27,511 nucleotides of DNA from a virus (Duplodnaviria; Caudoviricetes), in the IMG/VR virus record IMGVR_UViG_3300027373_000017, positions 1 to 27,511 of that record; one strand, given 5' to 3'. The position numbers were made by a program, and so were the translations under genes. Of this stretch, positions 7,096 through 14,770 are shown piece after piece (positions within the stretch are counted from its first letter, which is position 1; each line of letters starts with the position of its first letter). A model generated the notes under the pieces. It was given only the letters and a program-made list of their open reading frames with translations. It had not been told where the DNA came from and searched no databases.

Positions 7096-7361
7096 CCAGG
7101 GCACCGAGGATCAAGGTTCTTTCGGACCGGGACGAAGTGGAATTGCGCTTGTTGTACTCTCATAAACCGTACCGGGTATTTTGGAGTCTGGTTGAAGCGA
7201 AATCGTTCGCGGTGACGTTCCATGAACACGAAGTGTTGAGTGTTGAGGTGTACGGTAAAACACGCTGGTTTGTGGACGCGAGTGAAGCGGGAAACAAAAA
7301 TATGGCGCAAACCGTTTTTGAACGAGCGATCGCTCGACAGAATGGGAGGGCAACGGCATGA
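7092..7361 (+). CDS. Hypothetical protein
   Basis: ATGA overlaps on both sides. Confidence 0.65.
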   Translation: MTRAPRIKVLSDRDEVELRLLYSHKPYRVFWSLVEAKSFAVTFHEHEVLSVEVYGKTRWFVDASEAGNKNMAQTVFERAIARQNGRATA

Positions 7362-7444
7362 GCGCTGATTTTAAGATGTTTGTGTTTGTGATGTTTTTGT
7401 ACATGGTGGCGGAAGCGATTAATTGGTGGGATAGGAGAAATTAG
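7358..7444 (+). CDS. 28-aa hydrophobic peptide (not in ORF track)
   Basis: MSADFKMFVFVMFLYMVAEAINWWDRRN. RBS GGGAGG, ATGA overlap, exactly fills the gap. Confidence 0.55.
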   Translation: MSADFKMFVFVMFLYMVAEAINWWDRRN

Positions 7445-7446
7445 GC

Positions 7447-7830
7447 ATGCCTGAATTTAACGGATTATTGGCTGATTTGGATCGTTTGGAAGAGGAACGG
7501 CGCGGGTTGGTGGCGGAAAGCGACCGGGCGATCACGAATTTATTAGGTGAAGAGAAGCGGGCGGAGTTTGACAAGTTGAAGGAATTGTATGAGTTCAAGG
7601 TTGGGGTGGTGGATACAGAGTTGAACAACCTGATGACTTCGATCAAGGAGTGGGTAGCGTTGAGTGGTGAGCCGGCGGAGACAAAATATTTCAAGGTTGG
7701 ATACCGGCGGGGAAGGATGTTGTGGGATGGAGAGATGTTGAATAGTCTATCCACGCGTTACCCGGAGATCAACGAAGCCCGGCGAACTGGTCCCGCGATT
7801 GCCTTTGTGCGGGCGGTGGACGAGGAATAA
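7447..7830 (+). CDS. Coiled-coil protein, possibly Gam/gp157-like recombination accessory
   Basis: N-terminal coiled coil followed by a short beta region (KVGYRRGRMLWD...YPEI). Family assignment is weak. Confidence 0.55.
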   Translation: MPEFNGLLADLDRLEEERRGLVAESDRAITNLLGEEKRAEFDKLKELYEFKVGVVDTELNNLMTSIKEWVALSGEPAETKYFKVGYRRGRMLWDGEMLNSLSTRYPEINEARRTGPAIAFVRAVDEE

Positions 7831-7840
7831 GGAGGCTGGG

Positions 7841-8233
7841 ATGCCAATACCGAGTTGGATCGAGCATAAGAGCGCGTCACCCGAATTGATCAGCGAGGTA
7901 ATACGGGCGATGAAGACCCATTACCGCGGGAAAGACAAGGCAACAACGAAAGAACGGCTGATGGCGGATTTGTTCGGATTGCACAAGGGAGATCCGAATT
8001 ATGAAAACACAGAGCGGATATTCAGGCGGTGTGTTGAGATCGCGAATTTGGAATATGGGGCGCTGATTGTGAGTGATGAGAGCGTTGGTTATTGGTGGGC
8101 GATAAGCCTGGAGGATGGGTTGGTAAGCGCCGAGCGCCGTTTGAGCCGGGCGAAGACGATGTTTGATAACGCCAAGAAGTTGGTGGATAACCTGAAAACA
8201 ACGTATGGCGGTCAGATGGGATTGGGATTGTGA
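7841..8233 (+). CDS. Winged-helix-like DNA-binding protein
   Basis: RBS AAGGAGG before ATG 7841. HYRGKDKATTKERL...ERIFRRCVE...LIVSD..VGYWWA is a common phage wHTH pattern. Confidence 0.65.
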   Translation: MPIPSWIEHKSASPELISEVIRAMKTHYRGKDKATTKERLMADLFGLHKGDPNYENTERIFRRCVEIANLEYGALIVSDESVGYWWAISLEDGLVSAERRLSRAKTMFDNAKKLVDNLKTTYGGQMGLGL

Positions 8234-8240
8234 GGGTTGA

Positions 8241-8366
8241 ATGAAGCGTTTGGTGGAAGGGTTTGTAATGTTGTGCCTGGTGCCAGTGTGGGCGGTGTTG
8301 CTGGTGGCGTACTGGATTGGGCATGAGATGTTTGGTGATTACGAGGATTGGGACGATCGGGAATGA
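8241..8366 (+). CDS. 41-aa single-TM peptide with acidic tail (not in ORF track)
   Basis: MKRLVEGFVMLCLVPVWAVLLVAYWIGHEMFGDYEDWDDRE; RBS GAGG. Confidence 0.55.
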   Translation: MKRLVEGFVMLCLVPVWAVLLVAYWIGHEMFGDYEDWDDRE

Positions 8367-8378
8367 TGGGAGCCAATT

Positions 8379-9368
8379 ATGAGCGGTAAATATACGTGGA
8401 TCAAGTTGTACACGGAAATATTGCAAGATCCGAAGATGGGGCGGTTGAGTGATGGGGATTGGCGGCTGGCGGTGGAGGTGATGTTACTGGCCGGCAATGA
8501 GGGCAGGGATGGGATTTTACCGAGCCTGGATGATATGGCGTGGATATTACGGACAGATATGGAGAGTTTACAAGCCGGGCTGGAGAGGTTAAGCCAGGCG
8601 ATTGGATTTGGTTACGATGATACGATCGAGCGGTGGATATTGACCCATTTCAGCCAACGCCAGGCGGCGATGAGCCCGGCGGAACGCAAGCGGAAACAAC
8701 GCGGCAGTAACCCGGCGGAAGATGATGAATTAGAAGAAGAAGACTTGAATCAGGAATTTGGCCAGAGCTTAAATGATAGGAATTTGAGCGGGAGAGAAAA
8801 AGAATTTATGTCACGAAAGCGTGACATAAGCGTGACAGAACCAAATAAACAACGTGACATGAGCGTGACAGAAGAAGAAGTAGAAGAAGAAGTAGAAGAA
8901 GAAGTAGAAAAGATAAGAAGCAGAAGCAGAAGCAGACCCGCGCGCGCGTTGCGCGGCGGGTTAAGCGCGGACGCGCGAAAAAAATCGCGCGAAAGATCGT
9001 TGGCGCCCGCAAGGGGCGCCGCTGCCGCCGCCGCTGTGAATTTAAATCTAAAACCAAAAGAGACAAAGGTTCGAGCAACCGATGTACCCCCTGAATTGCT
9101 GGAATATTACGGGGCAAACATCGGGAAGATCAACCAGTACGCGCGGGATTGGTTAGCCCGCCAGACGGATAAATACGGCGCGCCGACTGTGCGCCAGGCA
9201 TTGGAGGAGGGTTTGAGGTTTGGGGTGCAAAATCATCGTTATTTGGAGGCGATTTTGACCCGCTGGGAGACCGAGGGGGTGCCAGGTATGGACGGGGTGG
9301 TGGGTCGAAAGACTACCCGGAATAGCATTCAGGATGAGCTGGCTGCTTTTCTGGCCAGCGGGGCGTGA
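8379..9368 (+). CDS. Phage replication initiator (replisome-organiser N-terminus, DnaD/DnaB_2-like C-terminus)
   Basis: N-terminal YTWIKLYTEILQDPKM; C-terminal VRQALEE...NHRYLEAILTRWETEG; central iterons and low-complexity E/R/S tract. Confidence 0.85.
   Translation: MSGKYTWIKLYTEILQDPKMGRLSDGDWRLAVEVMLLAGNEGRDGILPSLDDMAWILRTDMESLQAGLERLSQAIGFGYDDTIERWILTHFSQRQAAMSPAERKRKQRGSNPAEDDELEEEDLNQEFGQSLNDRNLSGREKEFMSRKRDISVTEPNKQRDMSVTEEEVEEEVEEEVEKIRSRSRSRPARALRGGLSADARKKSRERSLAPARGAAAAAAVNLNLKPKETKVRATDVPPELLEYYGANIGKINQYARDWLARQTDKYGAPTVRQALEEGLRFGVQNHRYLEAILTRWETEGVPGMDGVVGRKTTRNSIQDELAAFLASGA
8807..8936. repeat. Putative replication origin: CGTGACA iterons plus polypurine tract inside the initiator gene
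   Basis: Palindrome TATGTCACG-AAAG-CGTGACATA (8807-8828). CGTGACA at 8820, 8831, 8853 and 8864. Then (GAA)n-GTA and AGAAGC repeats. Same arrangement as the lambda O-type intragenic ori. Confidence 0.7.
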
Positions 9369-9505
9369 TGAAAAAACGTATCATGGATGATTTTCTAACC
9401 TTGATCCTGGTGAGTGATAAGCCGTGCATGTGGACTTATCGGCGGATGATGGAGCGGACGGTGAAGGAATGGCCGAATGACAAGGATATGGTGGAGAAGA
9501 GATGA
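9368..9505 (+). CDS. 45-aa hypothetical protein (not in ORF track)
   Basis: TGATG and ATGA overlaps on both sides; MKKRIMDDFLTLILVSDKPCMWTYRR... Confidence 0.5.
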   Translation: MKKRIMDDFLTLILVSDKPCMWTYRRMMERTVKEWPNDKDMVEKR

Positions 9506-9726
9506 GCGAATTAAGCCCAAAATCGAGGACGGAAGAAGCGGCGCGGAAATTGTTAACTCTGACGATTGAGGATTTACGCATGCGAATGGCGCATACAACG
9601 GATTTGATGGTGATAAGAGCCGCGATCAGGATGATTGACCTGGGAGATATGCCGGGTTATTTTGGCGGTGTTAGCGCGCGGAAATTGTTGCAGGCACGCT
9701 TGAGTAAGCTGGAAAGAGGCGGATGA
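9502..9726 (+). CDS. Hypothetical protein
   Basis: 74 aa, translationally coupled to its neighbours. Confidence 0.65.
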   Translation: MSELSPKSRTEEAARKLLTLTIEDLRMRMAHTTDLMVIRAAIRMIDLGDMPGYFGGVSARKLLQARLSKLERGG

Positions 9727-10091
9727 TGGATATATGGTTAGCGGTTGACCAAAACGGGGATGAACACTTTTTTATCAAAAAACCAGTAAGGAGACAACAT
9801 CCTCTTCTTCCTAATGGCGATGATTATTGGATTTCTGGGGAAAACAATGGTTATCAACTTGCGATAGGGATGATAAAAGCACTTCTTGGCTACAACATTA
9901 CTTGGCAGGACGAACCTGTCGAATGGGATGGCGCGCCTGAAAAATGCGTATGGAAGCACGGAGATGACGGTTATGAAAATTTTTGGAATACATCATGTCA
10001 AGACAGTTACCTCGAAAGTATAAATTATGGTTTTAAATATTGTCCATCATGCGGTAGAGAGATTGTAACCATACGTAAGGAGAAAGAATGA
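9723..10091 (+). CDS. Hypothetical protein with C-terminal zinc-ribbon-like motif
   Basis: CVWK...WNTSC...FKYCPSCGREI; AT-richer than its flanks. Confidence 0.7.
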   Translation: MMDIWLAVDQNGDEHFFIKKPVRRQHPLLPNGDDYWISGENNGYQLAIGMIKALLGYNITWQDEPVEWDGAPEKCVWKHGDDGYENFWNTSCQDSYLESINYGFKYCPSCGREIVTIRKEKE

Positions 10092-10486
10092 CCGAGTTTA
10101 ATGATAATTTTGAATTTATTTTCAAGGATTATAAGATTGATGATGAGTTATTTGCTTTGTATCATAGCGGGATAGGTTCAGTTGTTGTCTTTACTTTAGG
10201 GAAAAACGGTGTTGATCAATCTATTGAACTTAGCCCAGAGAGAATGTTGAAGATTCATAAACTGTTTCTATCCTTGAAAATGAAAGCTGACCCAAAAACG
10301 GGTACTGTGGAAGATTTTATTGTTGGGGATGGGGTAGAAGGTGTATTTTATCCAGAACGTAGAACCGTAAGGTTGCAGACCTATTCCAACGGAGAAATGG
10401 AAATGGAGATCCACTTGGATGAAGAAATGGTTTATGCAATCGCGCTGAAAATGGGGATTATTAAGAATGGCAAGGCGGTACCGTGA
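10088..10486 (+). CDS. Hypothetical protein
   Basis: RBS AAGGAG, ATGA overlap. Confidence 0.7.
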   Translation: MTEFNDNFEFIFKDYKIDDELFALYHSGIGSVVVFTLGKNGVDQSIELSPERMLKIHKLFLSLKMKADPKTGTVEDFIVGDGVEGVFYPERRTVRLQTYSNGEMEMEIHLDEEMVYAIALKMGIIKNGKAVP

Positions 10487-10839
10487 ATACCTGGTCCCAG
10501 TTGATTGTACCGATGCCGCCGAGCGCGAACCGCTATTGGAGACACGTGGGCGGGCGGGTGTATGTGAGCAAGGAAGCCAGGGATTACCGCGATCTGGTCG
10601 GCTGGATTGGGGCAAGCGCCGGGGTAGAATCGCACGATGGGGATGTAAGGGTGAGTGTGATTGTGCGGCGGAAGCATAAACGGGGGGATATAGATAATTA
10701 CCTGAAGGTGTTGTTTGACGCGCTGCAGGGAGTGGTGTATGTGAATGACAAGCAGATCAAGAAGGTTGAGGTTGAGATCATCGAAGGCGCTGAGGAAGGG
10801 GAAATATTGGTGTGGGTCGAGGATTTGGTGAGGGACTGA
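10483..10839 (+). CDS. rusA: RusA-family Holliday junction resolvase
   Basis: PMPPSANRYWR...RGDIDNYLKVLFDALQGVVYVNDKQI contains the DxDNxxK..D catalytic motif. Confidence 0.92.
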   Translation: MNTWSQLIVPMPPSANRYWRHVGGRVYVSKEARDYRDLVGWIGASAGVESHDGDVRVSVIVRRKHKRGDIDNYLKVLFDALQGVVYVNDKQIKKVEVEIIEGAEEGEILVWVEDLVRD

Positions 10840-11109
10840 ATGCCAAACGGACAATTGAAAAAGCAAGAGCGAGCCGAGAGCCGGCGAGAAGAGTTGTTGG
10901 AATTAATTGACGGAATGTGGAAGAGGGAAGCGCGATCCCCTACCATGCGGGAATTATGCTGGACTATGGGTACCAGATCGACCAGTCATATCTCCTGGAT
11001 GCTTAAGCGGCTGGCGGAGGAGGGTAGATTGAAACGATTTACCGGCGGGCGGGTGAGGTATGTGCCGTATTGGGTGATTGATTTGATCATCGAGGGTAAC
11101 GAGAAATGA
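10840..11109 (+). CDS. Stand-alone LexA-type DNA-binding (wHTH) domain protein
   Basis: SPTMRELCWTMGTRSTSHISWMLKRLAEEGRLKR parallels LexA PSVREI...STSVV..L..LE..G; no peptidase domain. Confidence 0.75.
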   Translation: MPNGQLKKQERAESRREELLELIDGMWKREARSPTMRELCWTMGTRSTSHISWMLKRLAEEGRLKRFTGGRVRYVPYWVIDLIIEGNEK

Positions 11110-11300
11110 GCCGGCAGACACTCCAAAAGAGAGAGGGTATCGATCCTATATTGAGCGAGGCACAAATCGAGGAGCTGATGACTGATCTACGAAAGGTGAT
11201 GGAGTGGCGGTTTGGGAGTGTGACGATCGAGGTGGTGTACGGGAAGGTGAAGCGGATCCAGGTGATGATCAGTAAGGATTTGCGGGAAGGGAGTGGGTAG
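11106..11300 (+). CDS. DUF2292 (YezD/OscA)-like small protein
   Basis: LRKVMEWRFGSVTIEVVYGKVKRIQVMIS fits the FG.V.I.V..G.V..I pattern. Confidence 0.6.
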   Translation: MSRQTLQKREGIDPILSEAQIEELMTDLRKVMEWRFGSVTIEVVYGKVKRIQVMISKDLREGSG

Positions 11301-11303
11301 GCG

Positions 11304-12131
11304 ATGGTTGAACTTTATGGAGTTTGTAGAATTTGTGGAGAAATTGGCAGCGGAACCGAATTTAATAATTGGGTAAGAGATACATTTACTAATTATGATC
11401 ATTTGTTTCCTGGTGAAATTATTTGTAGTTCTTGTGCTTTTTGGTTTGATCAGCGATCGGTTGAGTTGCAAGTCAAGATGGGTAAAGATAAGCCACAACG
11501 GATGCAGAATTATTCACATTTTGTGGTGGATGGGATGTGGATCCCGTTGAGTAAGAGTAATAAGGCTGAGATGAAGCGGCTGCTATTGGAGGGTAACTTT
11601 CCTGAATTGGCGGCGATCGCGGACAGCGGGCAAAAGCATTTGGCTTTCAGGGCGAATCGAAATCCGACAGGGCAGGAGAGCGGATGGGTGCAGTTTGAGG
11701 AGACTTCGGTTTATGTTGAGCGCGGTAAGTTAGAGTATTTATTAGTGGTGATCGAGGATCTGTACCGGGTGTTCAGCAAGGGCGAGATAGAGAGTGGTAG
11801 TTACGGTACGGGTCGGATATTGGAGTTTGGGATCGAGGCGTGGCGCGCGGCTGATGAGCGGTTGAAACCGTTCAGAGCTGCGTCTTTATTTAAGTTGGCC
11901 ATCTTTTTGGCGCAAAGGAGTGTGGATGATGGACATACAGGGGCCGGAGGCTTTGACGGCGACACTGCTGAGGACGATCTGGAAGGGGATATCGCCGGAT
12001 TACAAAAGCAGGTACAGAATGACGATTTGGGAGCAGTACGAGAACGAGATCAGATCGGCGGCGTATACAAGCAGCCTTCCGCTTTTTGTCAGCCGACTTT
12101 GTTCGAGGTTGGGGGCGACGTTGGGAACTAA
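11304..12131 (+). CDS. csf1: Type IV CRISPR-Cas large subunit Csf1 (Cas8-like)
   Basis: N-terminal CRIC...TFTNYD.L...CSSC zinc motif and an IADSGQKH motif; first gene ahead of cas11/csf2/csf3. Confidence 0.75.
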   Translation: MVELYGVCRICGEIGSGTEFNNWVRDTFTNYDHLFPGEIICSSCAFWFDQRSVELQVKMGKDKPQRMQNYSHFVVDGMWIPLSKSNKAEMKRLLLEGNFPELAAIADSGQKHLAFRANRNPTGQESGWVQFEETSVYVERGKLEYLLVVIEDLYRVFSKGEIESGSYGTGRILEFGIEAWRAADERLKPFRAASLFKLAIFLAQRSVDDGHTGAGGFDGDTAEDDLEGDIAGLQKQVQNDDLGAVRERDQIGGVYKQPSAFCQPTLFEVGGDVGN

Positions 12132-12303
12132 TGATACAGATAGGGGATTGGCCGAGGCGGCGCTGAGCAGTTTGGATGACAAGACAGCATTGAAACTGCT
12201 GAGGGATCAGACAACGTATCTGGTGCTTCTGGTAAGGGTCGACAACCAGGCGAAACGAGATGAATGGAAAGAAAAGGTTGAAAAACGAGAGGAAGCGAAA
12301 TGA
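11929..12303 (+). CDS. cas11: Type IV-B small subunit (Cas11-like, all alpha-helical)
   Basis: RBS AAGGAG at 11915-11920 (start 11929 or 11926). Helical ~124-aa protein (IWEQYENEIRSAA...LPLFVSRLCSRL) between csf1 and csf2, the Cas11 position in IV-B. Confidence 0.7.
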   Translation: MDIQGPEALTATLLRTIWKGISPDYKSRYRMTIWEQYENEIRSAAYTSSLPLFVSRLCSRLGATLGTNDTDRGLAEAALSSLDDKTALKLLRDQTTYLVLLVRVDNQAKRDEWKEKVEKREEAK

Positions 12304-13265
12304 AAAATTACGTTTTTGAAGGTGAAGTGTTGGCGTTGACGTCGATCAGCCATATTGGCGAGACGCATGGCATCAATAGTATGTTGCGGAGAGAAAAGAT
12401 CATCCAAAGGGATGGCAGCGTTGAAGAGGTGCCGGTTATCAGCGGGAACGCGATGAGGGGTATTTTGAGGGATCGCGGGATGCTGCACATGTTGAAGGCG
12501 CTTGGGTATGGTGTTAATGAGGAAACTGGGGAGATTCGCGGATTGAGTTTGCCGGCGTTCTATTTTTTGTTCAGCGGTGGCATTTTGAGCAAGCAGTCTG
12601 GTAAGGGTATTGATGTGGATGAGGCCAGGCGGTGGAGGAAGGTGATCCCGCTGGTTTCGATCTTTGGTGGGGCGATGGGAAACCAGATTATGCCTGGTAA
12701 GGTTAAGATCGGGAAGATGTTACCGATCTGCGAGGAGACGTCGCATTTGGTGCCGGCGCAGTATGTTGGTGATGATCTCCATTCGATATGGGATGTTACG
12801 CAGCAGGAGCCATATACACGGCGGGATGACGAGAAGAACGATCATTTAAGGCAGTTGATAGAACCAGAAGTTCGGGGCTTGTTGGACTTTGCGAAGGCAG
12901 AGAAGCGTGCGAAGGGTGATGAGATCGCTGGAGAAACCGGGCAGAGCCAACAGATGCGGTATTACGTGGAGACTTTGGCGGCTGGAACTCGATTTTATTG
13001 GGATATAGTGTTGGATGATGTGACCGATCTGGAGTTTGACGCGTTTTGCATCGTGCTGGCAGAGTTTGGGCGGTTCCCGTATATCGGTGGTAAGAGCGGC
13101 GTCGGACACGGTAAGATCGCAGTGAAGTTTGATCATTGGCATGAGATAAACCCACGACTGAGTCAGGGCGGGGCTGAGTTGGATACGAGTTTAGGAACGA
13201 GGTATATGGAGCATCTACGGGAGAATGGGGATGATATCAGGGAATTGATCAATGGCCTCAAATGA
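12300..13265 (+). CDS. csf2: Type IV Cas7-like backbone subunit Csf2 (RAMP)
   Basis: LTSISH..., VPVISGNAMRGILRD, FLFSGG, PLVSIFGGA, ETLAAGTRF and the G-rich loop YIGGKSGVGHG are hallmark Cas7/Csf2 motifs. Confidence 0.9.
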   Translation: MKNYVFEGEVLALTSISHIGETHGINSMLRREKIIQRDGSVEEVPVISGNAMRGILRDRGMLHMLKALGYGVNEETGEIRGLSLPAFYFLFSGGILSKQSGKGIDVDEARRWRKVIPLVSIFGGAMGNQIMPGKVKIGKMLPICEETSHLVPAQYVGDDLHSIWDVTQQEPYTRRDDEKNDHLRQLIEPEVRGLLDFAKAEKRAKGDEIAGETGQSQQMRYYVETLAAGTRFYWDIVLDDVTDLEFDAFCIVLAEFGRFPYIGGKSGVGHGKIAVKFDHWHEINPRLSQGGAELDTSLGTRYMEHLRENGDDIRELINGLK

Positions 13266-13938
13266 TGTGCCGATGCGGGTTACGGCGTATATGCGATCCG
13301 GCATTGTGAGCGATGAGTGGTTTCCGCTGGATGGGATCTTGTTATCGCAGTGGGTGCGGGATGATCTGGGGGTGCGGGATGTTACCGTACCAGGCGCTTC
13401 GCTGCTGGCGGAACCGAAGGGGGAGCCGATGCGCGGAGGGAGGATGCCGATCAAGGTGACGCACAATAAGGATTGGTATTATCACTGCAGTTGGGCGGAG
13501 TGGGGTCCGTATGTGGATGGGACGGAGTATTGGAATAAGAGGTTCGACAACCCTCTTGCGGATCTGATCGAGTTTGATGGCCGGCGGGGTAAGATCGATA
13601 CGAGCGCGGCGATGTATAAGGCGTACAGGATGCCGATGTATTATCGGTCGGCGTTGTGGGTGCGATGGTATTTGGTCGGGGATATTGAGAAGATCCGGTA
13701 TTTGTTGGCGACGGTGACGCACATCGGGAAGAAGATCAGCCAGGGATGGGGGCGGGTGGCGAAGTGGGAGGTGGATGAGGTGGCTGAGGACTGGTCCATA
13801 TGGCGGGATGGTAAGTTGATGCGCGGGATACCGGTGTATAACTTGCCAAAGGATGTGCGGGCGACGCGGCGAGTGAGTTACGGAGTGAGACCGCCATACT
13901 GGGACAAACGTAATCATATGGAATTGGTGGTTGAGTAA
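13252..13938 (+). CDS. csf3: Type IV Cas5-like subunit Csf3 (RAMP)
   Basis: PMRVTAYM...PLDGIL, WYYHCS, YKAYRMP, WYLVGD...IRYLL...HIGKKISQGWGRVAKWEV and RPPYW are typical of Csf3. Confidence 0.88.
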   Translation: MASNDVPMRVTAYMRSGIVSDEWFPLDGILLSQWVRDDLGVRDVTVPGASLLAEPKGEPMRGGRMPIKVTHNKDWYYHCSWAEWGPYVDGTEYWNKRFDNPLADLIEFDGRRGKIDTSAAMYKAYRMPMYYRSALWVRWYLVGDIEKIRYLLATVTHIGKKISQGWGRVAKWEVDEVAEDWSIWRDGKLMRGIPVYNLPKDVRATRRVSYGVRPPYWDKRNHMELVVE

Positions 13939-13967
13939 TCGTTCCGGCTAATGAGCTGGGGAACGAT
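13938..13967 (+). other. Strong stem-loop in the csf3-cysH gap
   Basis: ATCGTTCC/GGAACGAT outer stem with an inner GGCT-AATG-AGCT hairpin; no U tail. Confidence 0.6.
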
Positions 13968-13993
13968 CGGCATTCGGTGAGCGTTAGAGAGGT

Positions 13994-14770
13994 ATGATGG
14001 AGCGAGACGGGTATTTGCTTTACAGCCAGACAAGAGGGTACCAGAAGCGGGTGAGTGGCCTGCATGTTTTGGTTGATTCTTTTTTTGATCGAGCCACATC
14101 TCCATATATATCTATGAGTTTTGGCAAAGATAGTTTGGCGATGGCGCATTTAATTCTGATTAATAGGCCGCAAGTACCACTGGTGTATGTTAATTGCGGG
14201 AAATATGATGAGTGGCCGGACACTCCGAGGGTTATAGAGCAGTTTTTAGCGACGCACAAAGGGTGCGAATTTATTGAGCTGCAAGGTCCATCGATCTGGG
14301 AATATTACGAGGAGGTTGGGTGGTACTTACAGGATGAGGAGAGCGAGAAGGCGGAACGCGGCGCGCAGCGAAGATATTCGGAAAGTTTGGGAGATTTGCT
14401 CGGTGCATGGGCTGAGCAGAATGGTATGGATGGTAGTTTTATCGGAATGCGTAAATCCGAAAGCAGAATCCGTAGTCGGCTATTGATAACCAGGGGAAAC
14501 ACATATTTCGCGAAAACGCGAAATCAATGGGTATGTGCACCGATGGCTGATTGGAATGGAAAAGACATTTGGGCAACCATATATAGTAATGATTTACCCT
14601 ATAACGAATTATATGATCTTATGCCACAAGGCAGGGAGTTAGCCCGCAATGGGGCTATGTTTGGTACCCGATCAGCGCGTTATGGGAGATTAGCATTTCT
14701 TAAAAGAGCGTACCCGGAGCTGTTTTATGAGTTCGCGGGTACGTATCCAGAAGTAAGGAATTATGTGTAA
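13994..14770 (+). CDS. cysH: CysH-like (PAPS reductase fold / adenine nucleotide alpha-hydrolase) accessory protein of type IV-B
   Basis: PP-loop SMSFGKDS, FIGMRKSESRIR and PMADWNGKDIWATI...LPYNELYD. Lacks the C-terminal ECGLH. Confidence 0.85.
   Translation: MMERDGYLLYSQTRGYQKRVSGLHVLVDSFFDRATSPYISMSFGKDSLAMAHLILINRPQVPLVYVNCGKYDEWPDTPRVIEQFLATHKGCEFIELQGPSIWEYYEEVGWYLQDEESEKAERGAQRRYSESLGDLLGAWAEQNGMDGSFIGMRKSESRIRSRLLITRGNTYFAKTRNQWVCAPMADWNGKDIWATIYSNDLPYNELYDLMPQGRELARNGAMFGTRSARYGRLAFLKRAYPELFYEFAGTYPEVRNYV

Noticed and set aside
8870-8936. GAA/AGAAGC microsatellite as a contingency locus
   Set aside because: Unit lengths are multiples of three and such tracts are usual next to iterons in phage initiator genes.
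11304-13938. Type IV-A, IV-C or type III system
   Set aside because: No dinG, cas6/csf5 or cas10-like HD/palm protein; cas11 plus cysH-like indicates IV-B.
13994-14770. Auxiliary metabolic gene for sulfate assimilation
   Set aside because: Lacks ECGLH and Fe-S cysteines and sits in the type IV-B accessory position.
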